From positions 2,720,001 through 2,784,000 of the forward strand of contig CP166615.1 of the NCBI GenBank assembly GCA_041937175.2: DNA of 64,000 bases, read 5' to 3'. Position 1 is the first letter of the stretch, and each line of letters opens with the position of its first letter. The notes under the pieces were generated by a model. That model was given only the letters and a program-made list of their open reading frames with translations, was not told the DNA's origin and did no database searches. The DNA is from Limnothrix sp. BL-A-16. GTDB taxonomy: Bacteria; Cyanobacteriota; Cyanobacteriia; CACIAM-69d. The translations under genes and the position numbers were made by a program. Positions 51,878-63,039 of this stretch are shown in pieces.

Positions 51878-53755
51878 TTAGCTCCAGAACGGACCGTCTA
51901 ACGCCGACTGGGGCCGCAGCAATTGATGGTCGAGCGCATGACCGATCGCTTGGTAAACTGTTTTTTCTTCAAACAGGCTCACCAGCACCGGATCCAGCCG
52001 ATTAATTTGGGCCTCCTGTCGCAGAATCGTGAGGGCAGAACTGGTGGAAATTGCCCGTTTGTAGGGGCGATCGGCCGCCGTCAACGCATCGTAAACATCC
52101 GCGATCGACATAATGCGCGTTTGAATCGGAATTTCACCCGCCTGAAGTCCTCGGGGATAGCCCGAGCCATCCAGCTTTTCGTGGTGGCCATAGGCAATTT
52201 CTGGCACTTGACGCAGATAGCTCGTCCAGGGAATGCGATTCAGGAATTGGTAAGTGTGGGTCACGTGGGACTGAATCGCGTTGCGTTCCGCACTGGTCAA
52301 CGTGCCTCGGGGAACGGTGAGTTGCTCAATTTCCGCCGCCGTCACCAGGGGTTTTTGTTGCCCATCCACATCGCGGTAGGTGTAACTCGCCAATTCCTGA
52401 AGCTGGGCCAGCGGTTCCGCTTCTAGTACCTGCGGCTCATTGGCTTCTAGGAGTAATGTCCAATATTGATCCAATTCATCCAAGGCCGCCGTTAGCTCCG
52501 AGTCCAGGCGATCGAGTGGGTTCACCGCCACCGCACTGGCCATCGTTTGATGAGGGGTTTGGGGGGCCATAGCTGGGGACACCCTGGCAGCCGCTAGCCC
52601 ATGGCCGTTCGACTCCGCCAGCTTAGAAACCCCAGGACTAGCCCCCCCATTCGGGGACTCAGAAGCCGACGATCGGCTTTGATAAGCCGTTAATAATTCC
52701 GGGTGCTCAACCCAGTAGCGGTACTTCACCTGCAAGCAATCCAGTTCCAGCGTCCGCCGAGCCAGGGCAAACCGGTGACGAATCACCTCCAGTTGATCGG
52801 GATAGAGCTTTTTCTGTTTCACCAACACCGCTTCGGGCACACAGACCTTACCAAAGTCGTGCAACAGGCTGGCATAGCGAATTTCTTGAATTTGGCGAGG
52901 GGTGAAGTAGGTGGCCGCCAAGGGGCCCGTGTGGATTTCGTTCACCACTTCGCACAACCGCACCGCCAAGGTGGCCACCCGCTCCGAATGGCCGGAGGTG
53001 CAAGGATCTCGAGACTCGATCGCCTGAACCGCCGCCCGCACAAACCCCTCAAACAGCGCTTCGATACTTTCCTGTAGATTGCTGCGTTCGATCGAAATGG
53101 CCGCCAAACTGGCCAGGGCCTGCACCACGCGCTCTTCCCATTCCGTATAGGGACGGGTCACCTCCATCGCATTCCAAGGATCCACGATCGCCCGAGGATC
53201 AATTTTGCGATTAATCAATTGCAACACCCCGATCGTTTCGCCGCTGAGGTTTTGCATGGGCACCACAATCACCGATCGGGTTCGGTAGGAAAAGCCGCTA
53301 TCGAAGTTGTGATTGAACTGGTAGGGAACCTCCGCTGGCAAGCAGTAAGCATCGGGAATGCTCAGGCTTTTGCCCGTGAGCGCCACATAGCCCGCCAAGC
53401 TGCGTCGGGCCAGGGGCATAGCGAATTCCCGAAACGAGGCATTGGGCTGCGAGGCATTTTGGGCAACTTTGAAAATTAGCTTGGGCGTGTCATCACTGCG
53501 ATCGATCAAATAGACGCTACCCGCATCACTCCAAGTCAGCTCTCGGCAAGTGGTGAGAATCAGCGCCAACAATTCATCCAGGTCGCTAACCGCCGATAGG
53601 GCCGTGGCGATCGCCAGCAACTCTTCAACCAAAGAAGCTTGGCTGGCTGCTTCCTGCAAGAAATCCCGTTCGCCCCAAATAGAAACTGAATTCACCGATT
53701 CGCTCGATAGCATAACAGGGTGGGAAGGGAAGTTTAGTTGTTGAAAACGATGCAA
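51878..53755 (-). CDS. GAF + HD-GYP cyclic-dinucleotide phosphodiesterase
   Basis: GAF (GVLQLIN), TSGHSERVA, LLHDFGK, HHEKLDGSGYPRGL, ADVYDALT. Start uncertain. Confidence 0.9.
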   Translation of the reverse strand: MHRFQQLNFPSHPVMLSSESVNSVSIWGERDFLQEAASQASLVEELLAIATALSAVSDLDELLALILTTCRELTWSDAGSVYLIDRSDDTPKLIFKVAQNASQPNASFREFAMPLARRSLAGYVALTGKSLSIPDAYCLPAEVPYQFNHNFDSGFSYRTRSVIVVPMQNLSGETIGVLQLINRKIDPRAIVDPWNAMEVTRPYTEWEERVVQALASLAAISIERSNLQESIEALFEGFVRAAVQAIESRDPCTSGHSERVATLAVRLCEVVNEIHTGPLAATYFTPRQIQEIRYASLLHDFGKVCVPEAVLVKQKKLYPDQLEVIRHRFALARRTLELDCLQVKYRYWVEHPELLTAYQSRSSASESPNGGASPGVSKLAESNGHGLAAARVSPAMAPQTPHQTMASAVAVNPLDRLDSELTAALDELDQYWTLLLEANEPQVLEAEPLAQLQELASYTYRDVDGQQKPLVTAAEIEQLTVPRGTLTSAERNAIQSHVTHTYQFLNRIPWTSYLRQVPEIAYGHHEKLDGSGYPRGLQAGEIPIQTRIMSIADVYDALTAADRPYKRAISTSSALTILRQEAQINRLDPVLVSLFEEKTVYQAIGHALDHQLLRPQSALDGPFWS

Positions 53756-54047
53756 AACCCCCTCAGAGACTGGTCATCAATCTGCAGTCAAACCTTGCAG
53801 TCAAACACACTTACCAAGATCGCAGGAATAATGCATCAAAGAATGACAAATGATAGGACTGGTGCTGCCTAGTAACTTAGCAATCCAGTCTGAAGTAAAA
53901 TGCAGATGATCAATTTAGGATTGCAGCGAAAGAGTATCTGATTAGCTGGAGAAATAGGCAATTTCAGATAGTTTTTTCCCAATTCTCCTGTTTTCAGCCT
54001 CTTGCCGGGTTGACCTCGGCAATTTGTCCTCGTTCCGTTCATCCTTA

Positions 54048-54177
54048 GAGGATGTCTGAAAAGCTCAATGGCTAGCTTGTGGGTTTTACCCACTGACGAC
54101 GACAAGGGGCTTAAGCCCCTTGCCCCGACGACGATTATTACTTGACCTGTGCCAAGCAATACTTTTCAAACATCCTC
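54048..54177. mobile_element. MITE, 130 bp, TTA target duplication
   Basis: TTA|GAGGATGTCTGAAAAG ... CTTTTCAAACATCCTC|TTA; internal palindrome CAAGGGGCTTAAGCCCCTTG. Confidence 0.82.
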
Positions 54178-54456
54178 TTAGCCTAACTGATCAATCTTGG
54201 CAGCCAAATCAAAATCCTTGGCCGTCAAGCCGCCTTCATCGTGAGTGCTGAGGGTGATCGTCACTTTGTTATAGCTGATTTCCAAATCGGGATGGTGGTT
54301 GGCCGCTTCGGCGGGTTCCACAAGCTGATTGACAAAGGCGATCGCCGTGATGAAGTCCGCGAACCGACGACAACAAACGATGGTGCTTCCCTCTACCGTC
54401 CAGTTGGGCAGAGCGGTCAGGCGGTCTTGAATTTCGGATGCAGTCAGAAGCGCCAT
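54178..54456 (-). CDS. Pterin-4a-carbinolamine dehydratase
   Basis: AEAANHHPDL, LSTHDEGGLTAKDFDLA. Confidence 0.93.
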   Translation of the reverse strand: MALLTASEIQDRLTALPNWTVEGSTIVCCRRFADFITAIAFVNQLVEPAEAANHHPDLEISYNKVTITLSTHDEGGLTAKDFDLAAKIDQLG

Positions 54457-55159
54457 ATTTTTGATTTCACCCCGCAGTGGTTTTGAACTGATCTCGGATC
54501 CAGGATTTTGACGTGAGGTCTTGAATTAAAGTTACTGGATTCGTCCTGGGGAAGGAAGATCGATCGACCACTTTGCACTAAATGCGGAATCTTTAGCCAA
54601 AATGCTGGATCACCATCGATTTTGGAGATTTTCAGAACCCTGTTTGGCGCAGAATTTCTGAACTTGCTAATTAACAGATCTACAGTTGACAGATCCCCAC
54701 GGTTGACGGATCCCCATTTATAAATCATTGACAGATTCGTTGCAGATTCATTAAAGGCAGATTGAGAACAGATCCTGAGTTGATCATGAACGGATCTGGG
54801 TAACGCTTGAACTCAACTCAAACCAAGGTTGAGCCAGGCTGAACCAGACAGACATCAATTCCTCATCGATCCTTGATCGATGGTTGCCCAGGGCTGAGGC
54901 GATCGCACAGGGACGGCCACCACATGATCCCCAGGCCTGATGTAGGTGGCAGAACCCCAGGGAATTCGGCACAATCGTAGGCTAGGATTCGCGAGTGGCT
55001 GCAAAGGGGGAGCACCAAGCGCCCGCCGCACCACTTGGCCCTGTTGGCAACTCGGAAACCGGTTCCTGAACAAGTTCAAGAGCCAGCTCAAGAGCCAGCT
55101 CAAGAGCAAGTTCAGGAATTTGTGCCGTAACTTGTGCCGTTTACTGTCTTCCTTTCCCC

Positions 55160-57238
55160 ATGACTCTTTTTCCCCAGCCGAATTCTGCGGATTCTGGATC
55201 AACGGACTCGGCATCAATGGATCCTGCATCAACGTTTTCGCGTCGCACAGCTTTGCAGTTGCTTGGTGTGGGTGCGGTGGGCAGCGCCCTCGGCTACTCG
55301 CGGTTCATGAAGCCGGAGCCTAGTCAATATCAGCCCGATCGCCTGACATTGCCAACGCGGTTACCGGACGATCGCCCCAAACGGGTGGCTGTGGTCGGCG
55401 GTGGCTTGGCGGGTTTGGCAGCGGCCTATGAGTTGAGCCGACGCGGATTTGTGGTGACGCTACTGGAGCGATCGCCCCACTTGGGCGGCAAAATCGCCAG
55501 TTGGCCCATCACGGTCAATGGTGAATCGCTGATGATGGAGCATGGGTTCCATGGCTTTTTCCCGCAGTACTACAACTTGTGGGCCCTGACGGAGGAAATG
55601 AACATCCGTCAGGATTTTCTGTCCCTAGAGCGCTATTCAGTGCTGTACAAGGATGAAACCTACGCGCCGGAAGTGTTTCGCCCCACCCATTCATCCTTCC
55701 CTTGGAATATTGTCGATTTGGCCATTTCTTCGCCGAATCGGTTTCGTTGGGGCTTAAATCTCACCAGTCCTGCCCATTGGGCCGTGTTTCGGGCCATTAC
55801 GGGGTTTGAACCCACGAAGACCTACGAGGAACTTGACTCGATCGCCGTGACAGACTGGGCAGCCAATGACTTCCCCAAGGGGCTATATGACCTGTATTTC
55901 CTACCCTTTGGCAAATCCACCCTCAACTCGCCGGATGTGCTGAGTGCGGGCGAGTTAATGCAGTTTTTCCATTTTTATTTCTTTGGCAATCCGGAGGGGC
56001 TGGCCTTTAACGGCACGAAGCAGGACATGGGCCGCACGTTGGTGGAGCCGATGATGCGGGCGATCGAGGCCAATGGGGGCAAAGTCATCGCCAATGCTCA
56101 GGTCGATCGGGTGGCGTGGCAGGATCAACAAATCACGTCCCTGAGCTATCGCCAAACGGGATCCGCCATTCCAGTTCCGTTCTGGGTCGATCGCCACAGT
56201 TCGCTGAATGAAGCCAGCACCCAAGCCACTGCCCAGCGTCCAGAAACCCAGGAGGCTGCGGCCACCGAGCAGCCGGTCACCAAGCAGGCGGTCACAGCTC
56301 AACCGCTAGCGCATCGCCCGGAATATTTTGGGGGTGGCGATGAGGTCTATGCGGTGGCGGAGGGATCGGCGCTGTCGTTAACCTGCACCCACCAGGGCTG
56401 TACGGTGGCTCCCCAGGCGGACGGCACGTTCCAATGTCCTTGCCATGGGGCCCGGTTCGATCGCGAGGGCAAGGTGCTTCAGGGGCCCGCTACCAAGCCC
56501 CTAGCTCGCTACAACGTGGAGCAACGATCGGGCGATCGGGTGCAATTGGCGGCCGCAGCGGTCGATCAGACTCCGAGCCAGGTGGTGGAAGCGGACTATT
56601 TTGTGTTCGCAGCGGATGTGAAAGGCATTCGCCATCTGTTTGACATTGCCGAAGGGGATGTGGCCGAACCCACCCGATCGCAAGTGGCCCAGCTCGCCGT
56701 GGCAGATCCCTTTGCGGTGGCTCGCATTTGGTTCGATCGCGATTTTGATTGGGATCAAAGCGAATTCACCTCCCTCTCTGGCTACCGACTGACGGACAGC
56801 ATCACCCGCTATCACAAAATCCAAGAGGACTACAAAGCCTGGGCCGATCGCACAGGGGGCAGCGTGGTTGAACTCCATGCCTACTGCTACAAAGAAGCCG
56901 AATTCCCCACCCAAGAAGCCCTGCTCACCACCTTTGAGCAGGAACTATACGAGTTGGTGCCAGCCCTCAAGGGAGCCACAATTTTGCATCGCGAGCTGGT
57001 GAATCAAAAGAATTTCTCTGGCTTTCCCCCGGGCAGCTATTCCCAACGCCCCGCCACGCGATCGGGCGCAAGCAACCTCATGTTTGCGGGTGATTGGGTA
57101 AAAATGCCCTTCCCTTGCGGTCTGATGGAACGAGCCATTAGCAGCGGCCTGCTGGCAGCCAATGAAATTTGCCATGAGGAAGGGTTACAACGCCGCACCC
57201 TGTTGACGGTTCGGCCGGAGGGGGTGCTGCAAATTTAG
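55160..57238 (+). CDS. FAD-dependent carotenoid desaturase-like oxidoreductase with inserted Rieske domain (CrtU/CruE-like)
   Basis: [17 protein letters not shown], Rieske CTHQGC...CPCHG, FAGDW...MERA; N-terminal [10 protein letters not shown]. Confidence 0.82.
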   Translation: MTLFPQPNSADSGSTDSASMDPASTFSRRTALQLLGVGAVGSALGYSRFMKPEPSQYQPDRLTLPTRLPDDRPKRVAVVGGGLAGLAAAYELSRRGFVVTLLERSPHLGGKIASWPITVNGESLMMEHGFHGFFPQYYNLWALTEEMNIRQDFLSLERYSVLYKDETYAPEVFRPTHSSFPWNIVDLAISSPNRFRWGLNLTSPAHWAVFRAITGFEPTKTYEELDSIAVTDWAANDFPKGLYDLYFLPFGKSTLNSPDVLSAGELMQFFHFYFFGNPEGLAFNGTKQDMGRTLVEPMMRAIEANGGKVIANAQVDRVAWQDQQITSLSYRQTGSAIPVPFWVDRHSSLNEASTQATAQRPETQEAAATEQPVTKQAVTAQPLAHRPEYFGGGDEVYAVAEGSALSLTCTHQGCTVAPQADGTFQCPCHGARFDREGKVLQGPATKPLARYNVEQRSGDRVQLAAAAVDQTPSQVVEADYFVFAADVKGIRHLFDIAEGDVAEPTRSQVAQLAVADPFAVARIWFDRDFDWDQSEFTSLSGYRLTDSITRYHKIQEDYKAWADRTGGSVVELHAYCYKEAEFPTQEALLTTFEQELYELVPALKGATILHRELVNQKNFSGFPPGSYSQRPATRSGASNLMFAGDWVKMPFPCGLMERAISSGLLAANEICHEEGLQRRTLLTVRPEGVLQI

Positions 57239-57882
57239 AATCCTCAGCTCAGAGATCCCAACCTAGTAGCATGACAGGCTTAATACATTGGGTCAAAGTT
57301 GCGGAGCCAGTTGTGGGGACAAGGGGCTTGAGCATCTTGCTGCTTAACGATCGGGTGACGGTAACAGCCATGTCATTTAACCCAGCGAATTAAGGCAGCC
57401 ACGCTACTAGAGCGCCCTCGAACTCAGACCACCGATCGCCCTGATCGGGGATATGAAGCGGGGGTGGGAATTGATGGCGTAATTAGTGGCGCAAAGGCAT
57501 GGTGGGAATCAAGGGCAAAAACTGCCAGACATCCCATGAGCGGCATATGAGTGGCATAGTCTGCCGGGCAACTGGCCCAACCCCCTTAGCCCAGATGGGG
57601 GGCTGGCACTAGCCCCATGGCGCGCTAAAGGGCAATTCCTATAATCGCGGCAACTGGAGGGGCTAACCCCTCAGCCCATATCCATGGAGACCTGTTGAGA
57701 CCTGTGGAACCTGGTTAAATCCGCTGGCAACCGATTGCCCACGGTTCAACCCATCACGATCGAACCCACAGCTCAACCCATCGCCCAACAGGTCTCCATT
57801 GATGGGCGGCTCAACAGTTGCTTGTTTTGGTGTTGTCTGTTTTTGGCTGTCTGTTGCCGTTGATTGTGGAGGAGTGAAAACC

Positions 57883-58632
57883 ATGCCTTTGATGTTGGAT
57901 CCCAAGCGGGCTGGCCTGGCCCTGGCGTTCACGATCGGGTTAGGAGCCGTTGGCCAACCGGCCCAAGCAACCCCTGCTGCTGAGCTGACGGAATCATTGG
58001 CGGCAGACTTGCCCGCCACCGAGCAGGACAGCCGCCAGCCGATCGCCCTTGATCAATTCGGTGCGCCCTCCACTCAGGCCAACCGGCTACAGGAAACGGT
58101 GCCCACCCTCGCCGTTGCCCCGGCCGCCTTGGAAGCGGACTCGCATCTCGATGGTCAGCTCGCTCAACAGCCCGATCGCGCCGCCAATGGCCGCCGCACT
58201 AGCGGCAAATTCAGCTACATCGGTGTTGGTGGGGCGATCGGTCTGAGCGGCGATGACGACTCCAGCGCCCTGGGTGAAGGTGGCTTTGCCCTTCTGAGCA
58301 AAACGGCTTTCAGCGAAAACCTTTCCCTACACAACGCCAGCATTTTGGGCAATGGTGGCACTTCGGTAATTGCCCTAACCGCCGATTTTCCCATTCGCAA
58401 TCAGGAAACGGGCGACATCTCGATCGTGCCCTTCGTGGGTGGCGGCTTGGCCATCAGTGACCTCTTCGGCGATGACACGGACGTGGGCTTTGCGCTCACG
58501 GGCGGCATTGATGTCCCCCTCAGCTACCGCTGGACAGCCACCGGACGAGTGGCCGCCGCCTTCTTAGACGACAACACCGATGTGGCCCTCCTGTTGGGCG
58601 TGGGCTACACGTTCACGGGCTTTTTCAAATAG
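57883..58632 (+). CDS. Exported protein with probable C-terminal outer-membrane beta-barrel
   Basis: GGAGGAG RBS, signal peptide ending AQA, alternating strands (PFVGGGLA, GVGYTF). Confidence 0.75.
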   Translation: MPLMLDPKRAGLALAFTIGLGAVGQPAQATPAAELTESLAADLPATEQDSRQPIALDQFGAPSTQANRLQETVPTLAVAPAALEADSHLDGQLAQQPDRAANGRRTSGKFSYIGVGGAIGLSGDDDSSALGEGGFALLSKTAFSENLSLHNASILGNGGTSVIALTADFPIRNQETGDISIVPFVGGGLAISDLFGDDTDVGFALTGGIDVPLSYRWTATGRVAAAFLDDNTDVALLLGVGYTFTGFFK

Positions 58633-58771
58633 CGCCCCGTGGCTGAAACCATCCTGAAACCACTAAGGCCCCATAACCCCAAAACATCCAAGATTGGGTG
58701 TGCATAGCTGGGAAAGGCCGCGACGGAACTTTTAAACTAGTTCTCTCGCAAGTTCCATGGAGCCTGGGTAA

Positions 58772-59641
58772 ATGACGGTCACCGCCAAACTGGATCGCCT
58801 TCGATCGTTGTTTCAAGAGATGGATCGCGCCCTCATTGCCTATTCCGGCGGCATTGACAGCACCCTCGTCGCCAAGGTGGCCTTTGATGTGCTGGGCGAT
58901 CGCGCAGTGGCCATCACCGCCGAGTCCCCTTCCCTGTTGCCCGATGACTTGCTGGAGGCCCAAGCCCAAGCGGCTGCCATCGGCATTGCCCATGAAATTG
59001 TGCAAACCCATGAGCTAAATAACCCCAACTACGCCGCTAACCCCACCAATCGCTGCTATTTCTGCAAGAGCGAGCTACACGACACCTTAAAGCCGATCGC
59101 GATCGCCCGGGGCTATCCCTACGTGGTGGATGGGGTGAATGCGGATGATCTCCGGGACTACCGACCGGGGATCCAGGCCGCCAAGGAACGAGGCGCGCGA
59201 TCGCCCCTGGCCGAACTGGGGATCAGCAAGCTCGAAGTGCGCGAACTCTCGAAGCAATTGGCCTTGCCCTGGTGGGACAAACCGGCCCAGCCCTGCCTGA
59301 GTTCCCGCTTTCCCTACGGCGAAACCATCACCCTCGAAAAATTGCAGCGGGTGGGTCGAGCCGAGCGCTATCTCCGACAGTTGGGCTATCGCGATTTGCG
59401 GGTGCGTTCTGAGGGCGACACGGCCCGCATTGAACTGCCGCCGGCGCTGATTAAGGACTTTGTGGGGGCGATCGACCTGCCCAACCTGGTCCAAGATTTC
59501 CAAGAACTGGGATTTTTGTATGTTTGCCTGGACTTGGAAGGACTCGTGAGCGGCAAGCTTAACCGCGTCCTAAATTGGCCCCAAGGGGCTGCATCGGTTG
59601 CCACATCAGGCGTTTCCGCCACCGCAGGCCCACAACGCTAG
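58772..59641 (+). CDS. larE: ATP-dependent sacrificial sulfur transferase LarE-like
   Basis: PP-loop AYSGGIDS, NRCYFCK, DYRPG, PCLSSR. Confidence 0.88.
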   Translation: MTVTAKLDRLRSLFQEMDRALIAYSGGIDSTLVAKVAFDVLGDRAVAITAESPSLLPDDLLEAQAQAAAIGIAHEIVQTHELNNPNYAANPTNRCYFCKSELHDTLKPIAIARGYPYVVDGVNADDLRDYRPGIQAAKERGARSPLAELGISKLEVRELSKQLALPWWDKPAQPCLSSRFPYGETITLEKLQRVGRAERYLRQLGYRDLRVRSEGDTARIELPPALIKDFVGAIDLPNLVQDFQELGFLYVCLDLEGLVSGKLNRVLNWPQGAASVATSGVSATAGPQR

Positions 59642-59946
59642 GCGAATTACAACCGATCGCTGAGGAAAAGTGCAAAATCGAACTACCATTGCACGAGAAT
59701 GCCCCGCTTGTCGTACCAAAAGCGACAGGTCGATCTAGAATCAGCGTTAGGTTTCTTGGTTAACGATGGGTTAACGTGACCAAAACCCAATGGAGAGCGG
59801 TCACGACCTCCATTGCGGCGGTTGTCATAGAATCCTCAGGAATCTGATCTCCGCCAAATTACCCGGATTCCCGATCGCATCGTTTAAGATGACAGTCGGG
59901 TTCATTTGACTACCCCATTTTGTGCTGTTGAGGAGTGACAACAAAC

Positions 59947-60195
59947 ATGAAATCTACCCTGAAGACTTTGGTTTCCCGCGTTGCCCGTGGTGTTGTGGCT
60001 GCAAGCTTGGTTGCTGGTCTGGCAACCGCTTGCGGTGGTGGCGGCGGTGAAGCCCCTGCTAGCCCCGAAGCCAGCCCCGCTGCTAGCCCCGAAGCCAGCC
60101 CTGCTGCTAGCCCCGCTGCTAGCCCCGAAGCCAGCCCCGCCGCTAGCCCTGCTGCCAGCCCCGCCGCTAGCCCCAGCCCCACCACGACTCCTTAG
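59947..60195 (+). CDS. Small lipoprotein with (A/E)ASP tetrapeptide repeats
   Basis: Lipobox LATA-C followed by GGGG and ~10 copies of a 12-bp unit with synonymous third-position variation. Confidence 0.8.
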   Translation: MKSTLKTLVSRVARGVVAASLVAGLATACGGGGGEAPASPEASPAASPEASPAASPAASPEASPAASPAASPAASPSPTTTP

Positions 60196-60344
60196 TCTGG
60201 CTAGGGTTGGCGATCGGCTGCTGTGCCTCACCGGATCACAGATTCAGATCACAGATCAATCGTGGGTGATTAGCAAGCGCAGCCGGCTCCAGACAATCTG
60301 AATGGTGCAAGTTTGACTAAACAAATTTGACCCAATCAATTCAT

Positions 60345-60379
60345 AGGGGATGAACTCGTTATGGGTTCATCCCCTTTTT
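60345..60379 (+). terminator. Rho-independent terminator
   Basis: AGGGGATGAAC-loop-GTTCATCCCCT followed by a T run. Confidence 0.7.
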
Positions 60380-60447
60380 AAGGCCAAAGCACAGAGGGTC
60401 GGGTGCGGAGGGTCAAAGGGGGAACCGTCAACCCAGCACCCCAAGCG

Positions 60448-61695
60448 CTAACCGACCGTAAAATTAGCCGACTGATTCAGCGCCCCCGGCAACACTCCCA
60501 ACACCACACCCAAATACTGACCATTCACCGCCGAAGTTGGGTCATTGACCTTGATCGCTGTGCCCGTTTTCACCCCCGTTGTGAGGGCCCCGGTGATTTC
60601 CGTGGACACATTAATCGCCACAAACTCAAAACTCAGCTTCTCCAGCGTTAAGCTATCGCTCGTGTTCAGCCGAATTTTGTCTGTTCCCAGCACAAAATCC
60701 GCCACAATATCGGCGCTGTTGGCACTGGTCGCCGTGTTGGACAAGCCCGCCGTGGTGTCGCGATCGGCCCGCAGCACAAAGGAATCAGCCCCCGCGCCCC
60801 CGGTCAGAATATCCTGGCCAAAATCGCCCGACAGTTGATCATCCCCATTGTCCCCAAACAGCAAATCGGAGTTGCGGCCACCATTCACCGTGTCATTGCC
60901 TTCGCCGCCCCGCACCAAATCGTTGCCATCGTTGCCATTGAGAATAATTTCGTTGCCAGCGCCGCCATCAATGCTGTCGGAGTCTTTGCCGCCCCGAATT
61001 TGATCAATGCCATCCCCACCCAGCAACACATCGTTACCCCGGTTGCCGTTGAAGAAATCATTCTCCGAGGAGCCAGTAATGGTGTCGTTGCCATTCAGGC
61101 CCACCACGAAGAAGCCCTTGGTTTCGACCCGCACACCCAAATTGGTGTTGTCTGCATCGTCAGACAGGTAAAACAGGGGCAACCCCGACAGATCATCGCG
61201 TCCTGCGGAAGGGCCGCTAGGAATGCCATTGGGCGAGGCTAGTTCCGCTGTCGTGGGGAAGGTGGGGAACGCGAAGGATTGACTCGTGATGTCACCCACC
61301 GACAGATCCGCCGTCCCGGCGGCCGTGGGCCCCGCAATCACGGCGCTGGCATCATTGGTCACTTGTAGGTTGAACCCCCCAGCGTCGGCGCTGCTGCGGG
61401 CAATTCGCACCACGTACTGGGTTCCCGCTTCGGCGGCAAATTGCACCAAGGAATTTTTGTTGGTGGGCGAAGAGTCGTAGTTATCGGCCACCAGGGTCAA
61501 GGTTGTGCCGCTCTTCTTAAAAACTTGCAGGTAGGGATCGAGGGTGCTGGCATTGGCTGAGGCGACAATTTGGGTGCTGCCTGCCGTCAATCCCGTGATC
61601 GTGTATTCCCCAAAGGGCACAGTGCGTAACGGATAGAGACCGCTGTTATTGGCATCAACGGCATTGATCGTCCCGGCAACAGTGACGGTAGGCAT
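60448..61695 (-). CDS. RTX-type Ca-binding surface protein with N-terminal PPC-like domain
   Basis: LDPYLQVF...ADNYD...GTQYVVR; GGxGxD nonapeptide repeats; no signal peptide. Confidence 0.82.
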   Translation of the reverse strand: MPTVTVAGTINAVDANNSGLYPLRTVPFGEYTITGLTAGSTQIVASANASTLDPYLQVFKKSGTTLTLVADNYDSSPTNKNSLVQFAAEAGTQYVVRIARSSADAGGFNLQVTNDASAVIAGPTAAGTADLSVGDITSQSFAFPTFPTTAELASPNGIPSGPSAGRDDLSGLPLFYLSDDADNTNLGVRVETKGFFVVGLNGNDTITGSSENDFFNGNRGNDVLLGGDGIDQIRGGKDSDSIDGGAGNEIILNGNDGNDLVRGGEGNDTVNGGRNSDLLFGDNGDDQLSGDFGQDILTGGAGADSFVLRADRDTTAGLSNTATSANSADIVADFVLGTDKIRLNTSDSLTLEKLSFEFVAINVSTEITGALTTGVKTGTAIKVNDPTSAVNGQYLGVVLGVLPGALNQSANFTVG

Positions 61696-62696
61696 GATTC
61701 AACTCCTGGTGATAGGGAAAACTAAACGAAGGACGGCAACAGGCGGGGGCAAACATCCGATCGGGAAGTCGATCGAGGACTGCTCGCACCTGACATCTAC
61801 ATATCGTCATATCGTCACCCAAGCGCCGCCACCCGCTGGCTGTCGTCCAAGGGCCAAGCGACCCCAGGACAGCCTGCGGAAGCGCGGAAGCAAGGCATCC
61901 AAGCGAGTGATGAGCGAGTGATGAAAGCTAATGATGATTGTCGCGAGTTGAGTTGGGCATGATGCGGATGGTTAGCCGCTTCCATGAACGCCACAGCCTG
62001 ACCCAACGTTTAGCGGGCAAAAAACCGGCCTTTTGAGCGGTTTTGCTCGGTAACTGCTGAAGCCAATGACGCAACTGGCCTAGGGTTTGTTTCAGTCGTC
62101 GATCGGGGGCTGCTTTTGAGCCTGCGGTCTGGGGCGGAGAACCTGTTCTCAGATCCTCCAAAATCCGGTTCTACCGTTACGAAATCAGGCGAGCAAGGGG
62201 GTTCAGCCTCTTGTTTAGGGCGCTCCTGCGGCTAGGAATAAGTGTTGTGACAATTTTTGAGGTCATGAGCGGGAATTTTTTGATGCTCGCCCGGCTCGAT
62301 CGCCCCCTTCCCCCTTCGGCAGAGTTGATCGCCCTCCACCCAGCAATACCCCCAAAGGCTGATGGCATAAGTTTCTTTCTTTTGGAATGTCTTAAAAAAA
62401 TCTGAGAACTTTGGCTCTGCAATGGGTCTCAAATCTTAAAGAATTATGAATTTATTGCTTAATAATTGGAGTCAATTGGCATCAAGCATTAGCGGAATTT
62501 ATACACAAAACAGCTTTTTTGAATCGCCAAAGCCTTCTGTTTTGATCAGAAATTTAGCGACAATGAAATTCAGGTTAAAGCGTTCAACTTGACTCAGCTT
62601 GACCCGACTTTTGGACATCGGCTCCCTGACAACAGAACCGAACATAGCCAATTAGTTTTCAATACAAATCTCAATACAAAGCCAGGAGGGGTTGCT

Positions 62697-62879
62697 ATGG
62701 ATAGCGGAGTGACGATTGCTACGCTGTGCGGCATTGGTAGCGGCGCGCTGTGCTTGGTTTTGCCGGGGTTGATTGCCTGGGGTGCTCGCCAGCAGCGGGC
62801 TGAGGTGGAAGAGATGCCCTCGGGATCCCTGCGGTTAGAAGCGGAGTTGGTGGAAGTGGTGGCCCCGATCGACCTGTAA
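62697..62879 (+). CDS. Small single-TM hypothetical protein
   Basis: AGGAGG RBS, ATG at 62697, hydrophobic segment, AT-rich upstream region. Confidence 0.55.
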   Translation: MDSGVTIATLCGIGSGALCLVLPGLIAWGARQQRAEVEEMPSGSLRLEAELVEVVAPIDL

Positions 62880-63039
62880 TGTTGTGCGACCCTTTTACAG
62901 GGTGCTGGTCGTTGGTTGTGCCTGTCCTTTTTTCAAGTTTCCAGCTTATTGCTTCCCCGCCCGATCGGTCGATCGAGCGGGGAATTGTTTTCAGCAGCAA
63001 ACTCCATCAAACTCAAAGGAAAAATGGCACAAAGACGAT

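Noticed and set aside
55070..55140. Short tandem repeats (CAAGAGCCAGCT, TTGTGCCGT), with similar ones at 28721 and 46575
   Set aside because: Two or three copies of short units, consistent with slippage; no evidence of function.
58772..59641. larE plus the InrS-like repressor as a nickel-pincer cofactor system
   Set aside because: The genes are ~28 kb apart, larA/B/C are absent from the window, and scattered larE homologues are common in cyanobacteria.
60055..60180. 12-bp tandem repeat as a non-coding array
   Set aside because: It is in frame in a lipoprotein ORF and varies mainly at synonymous positions.
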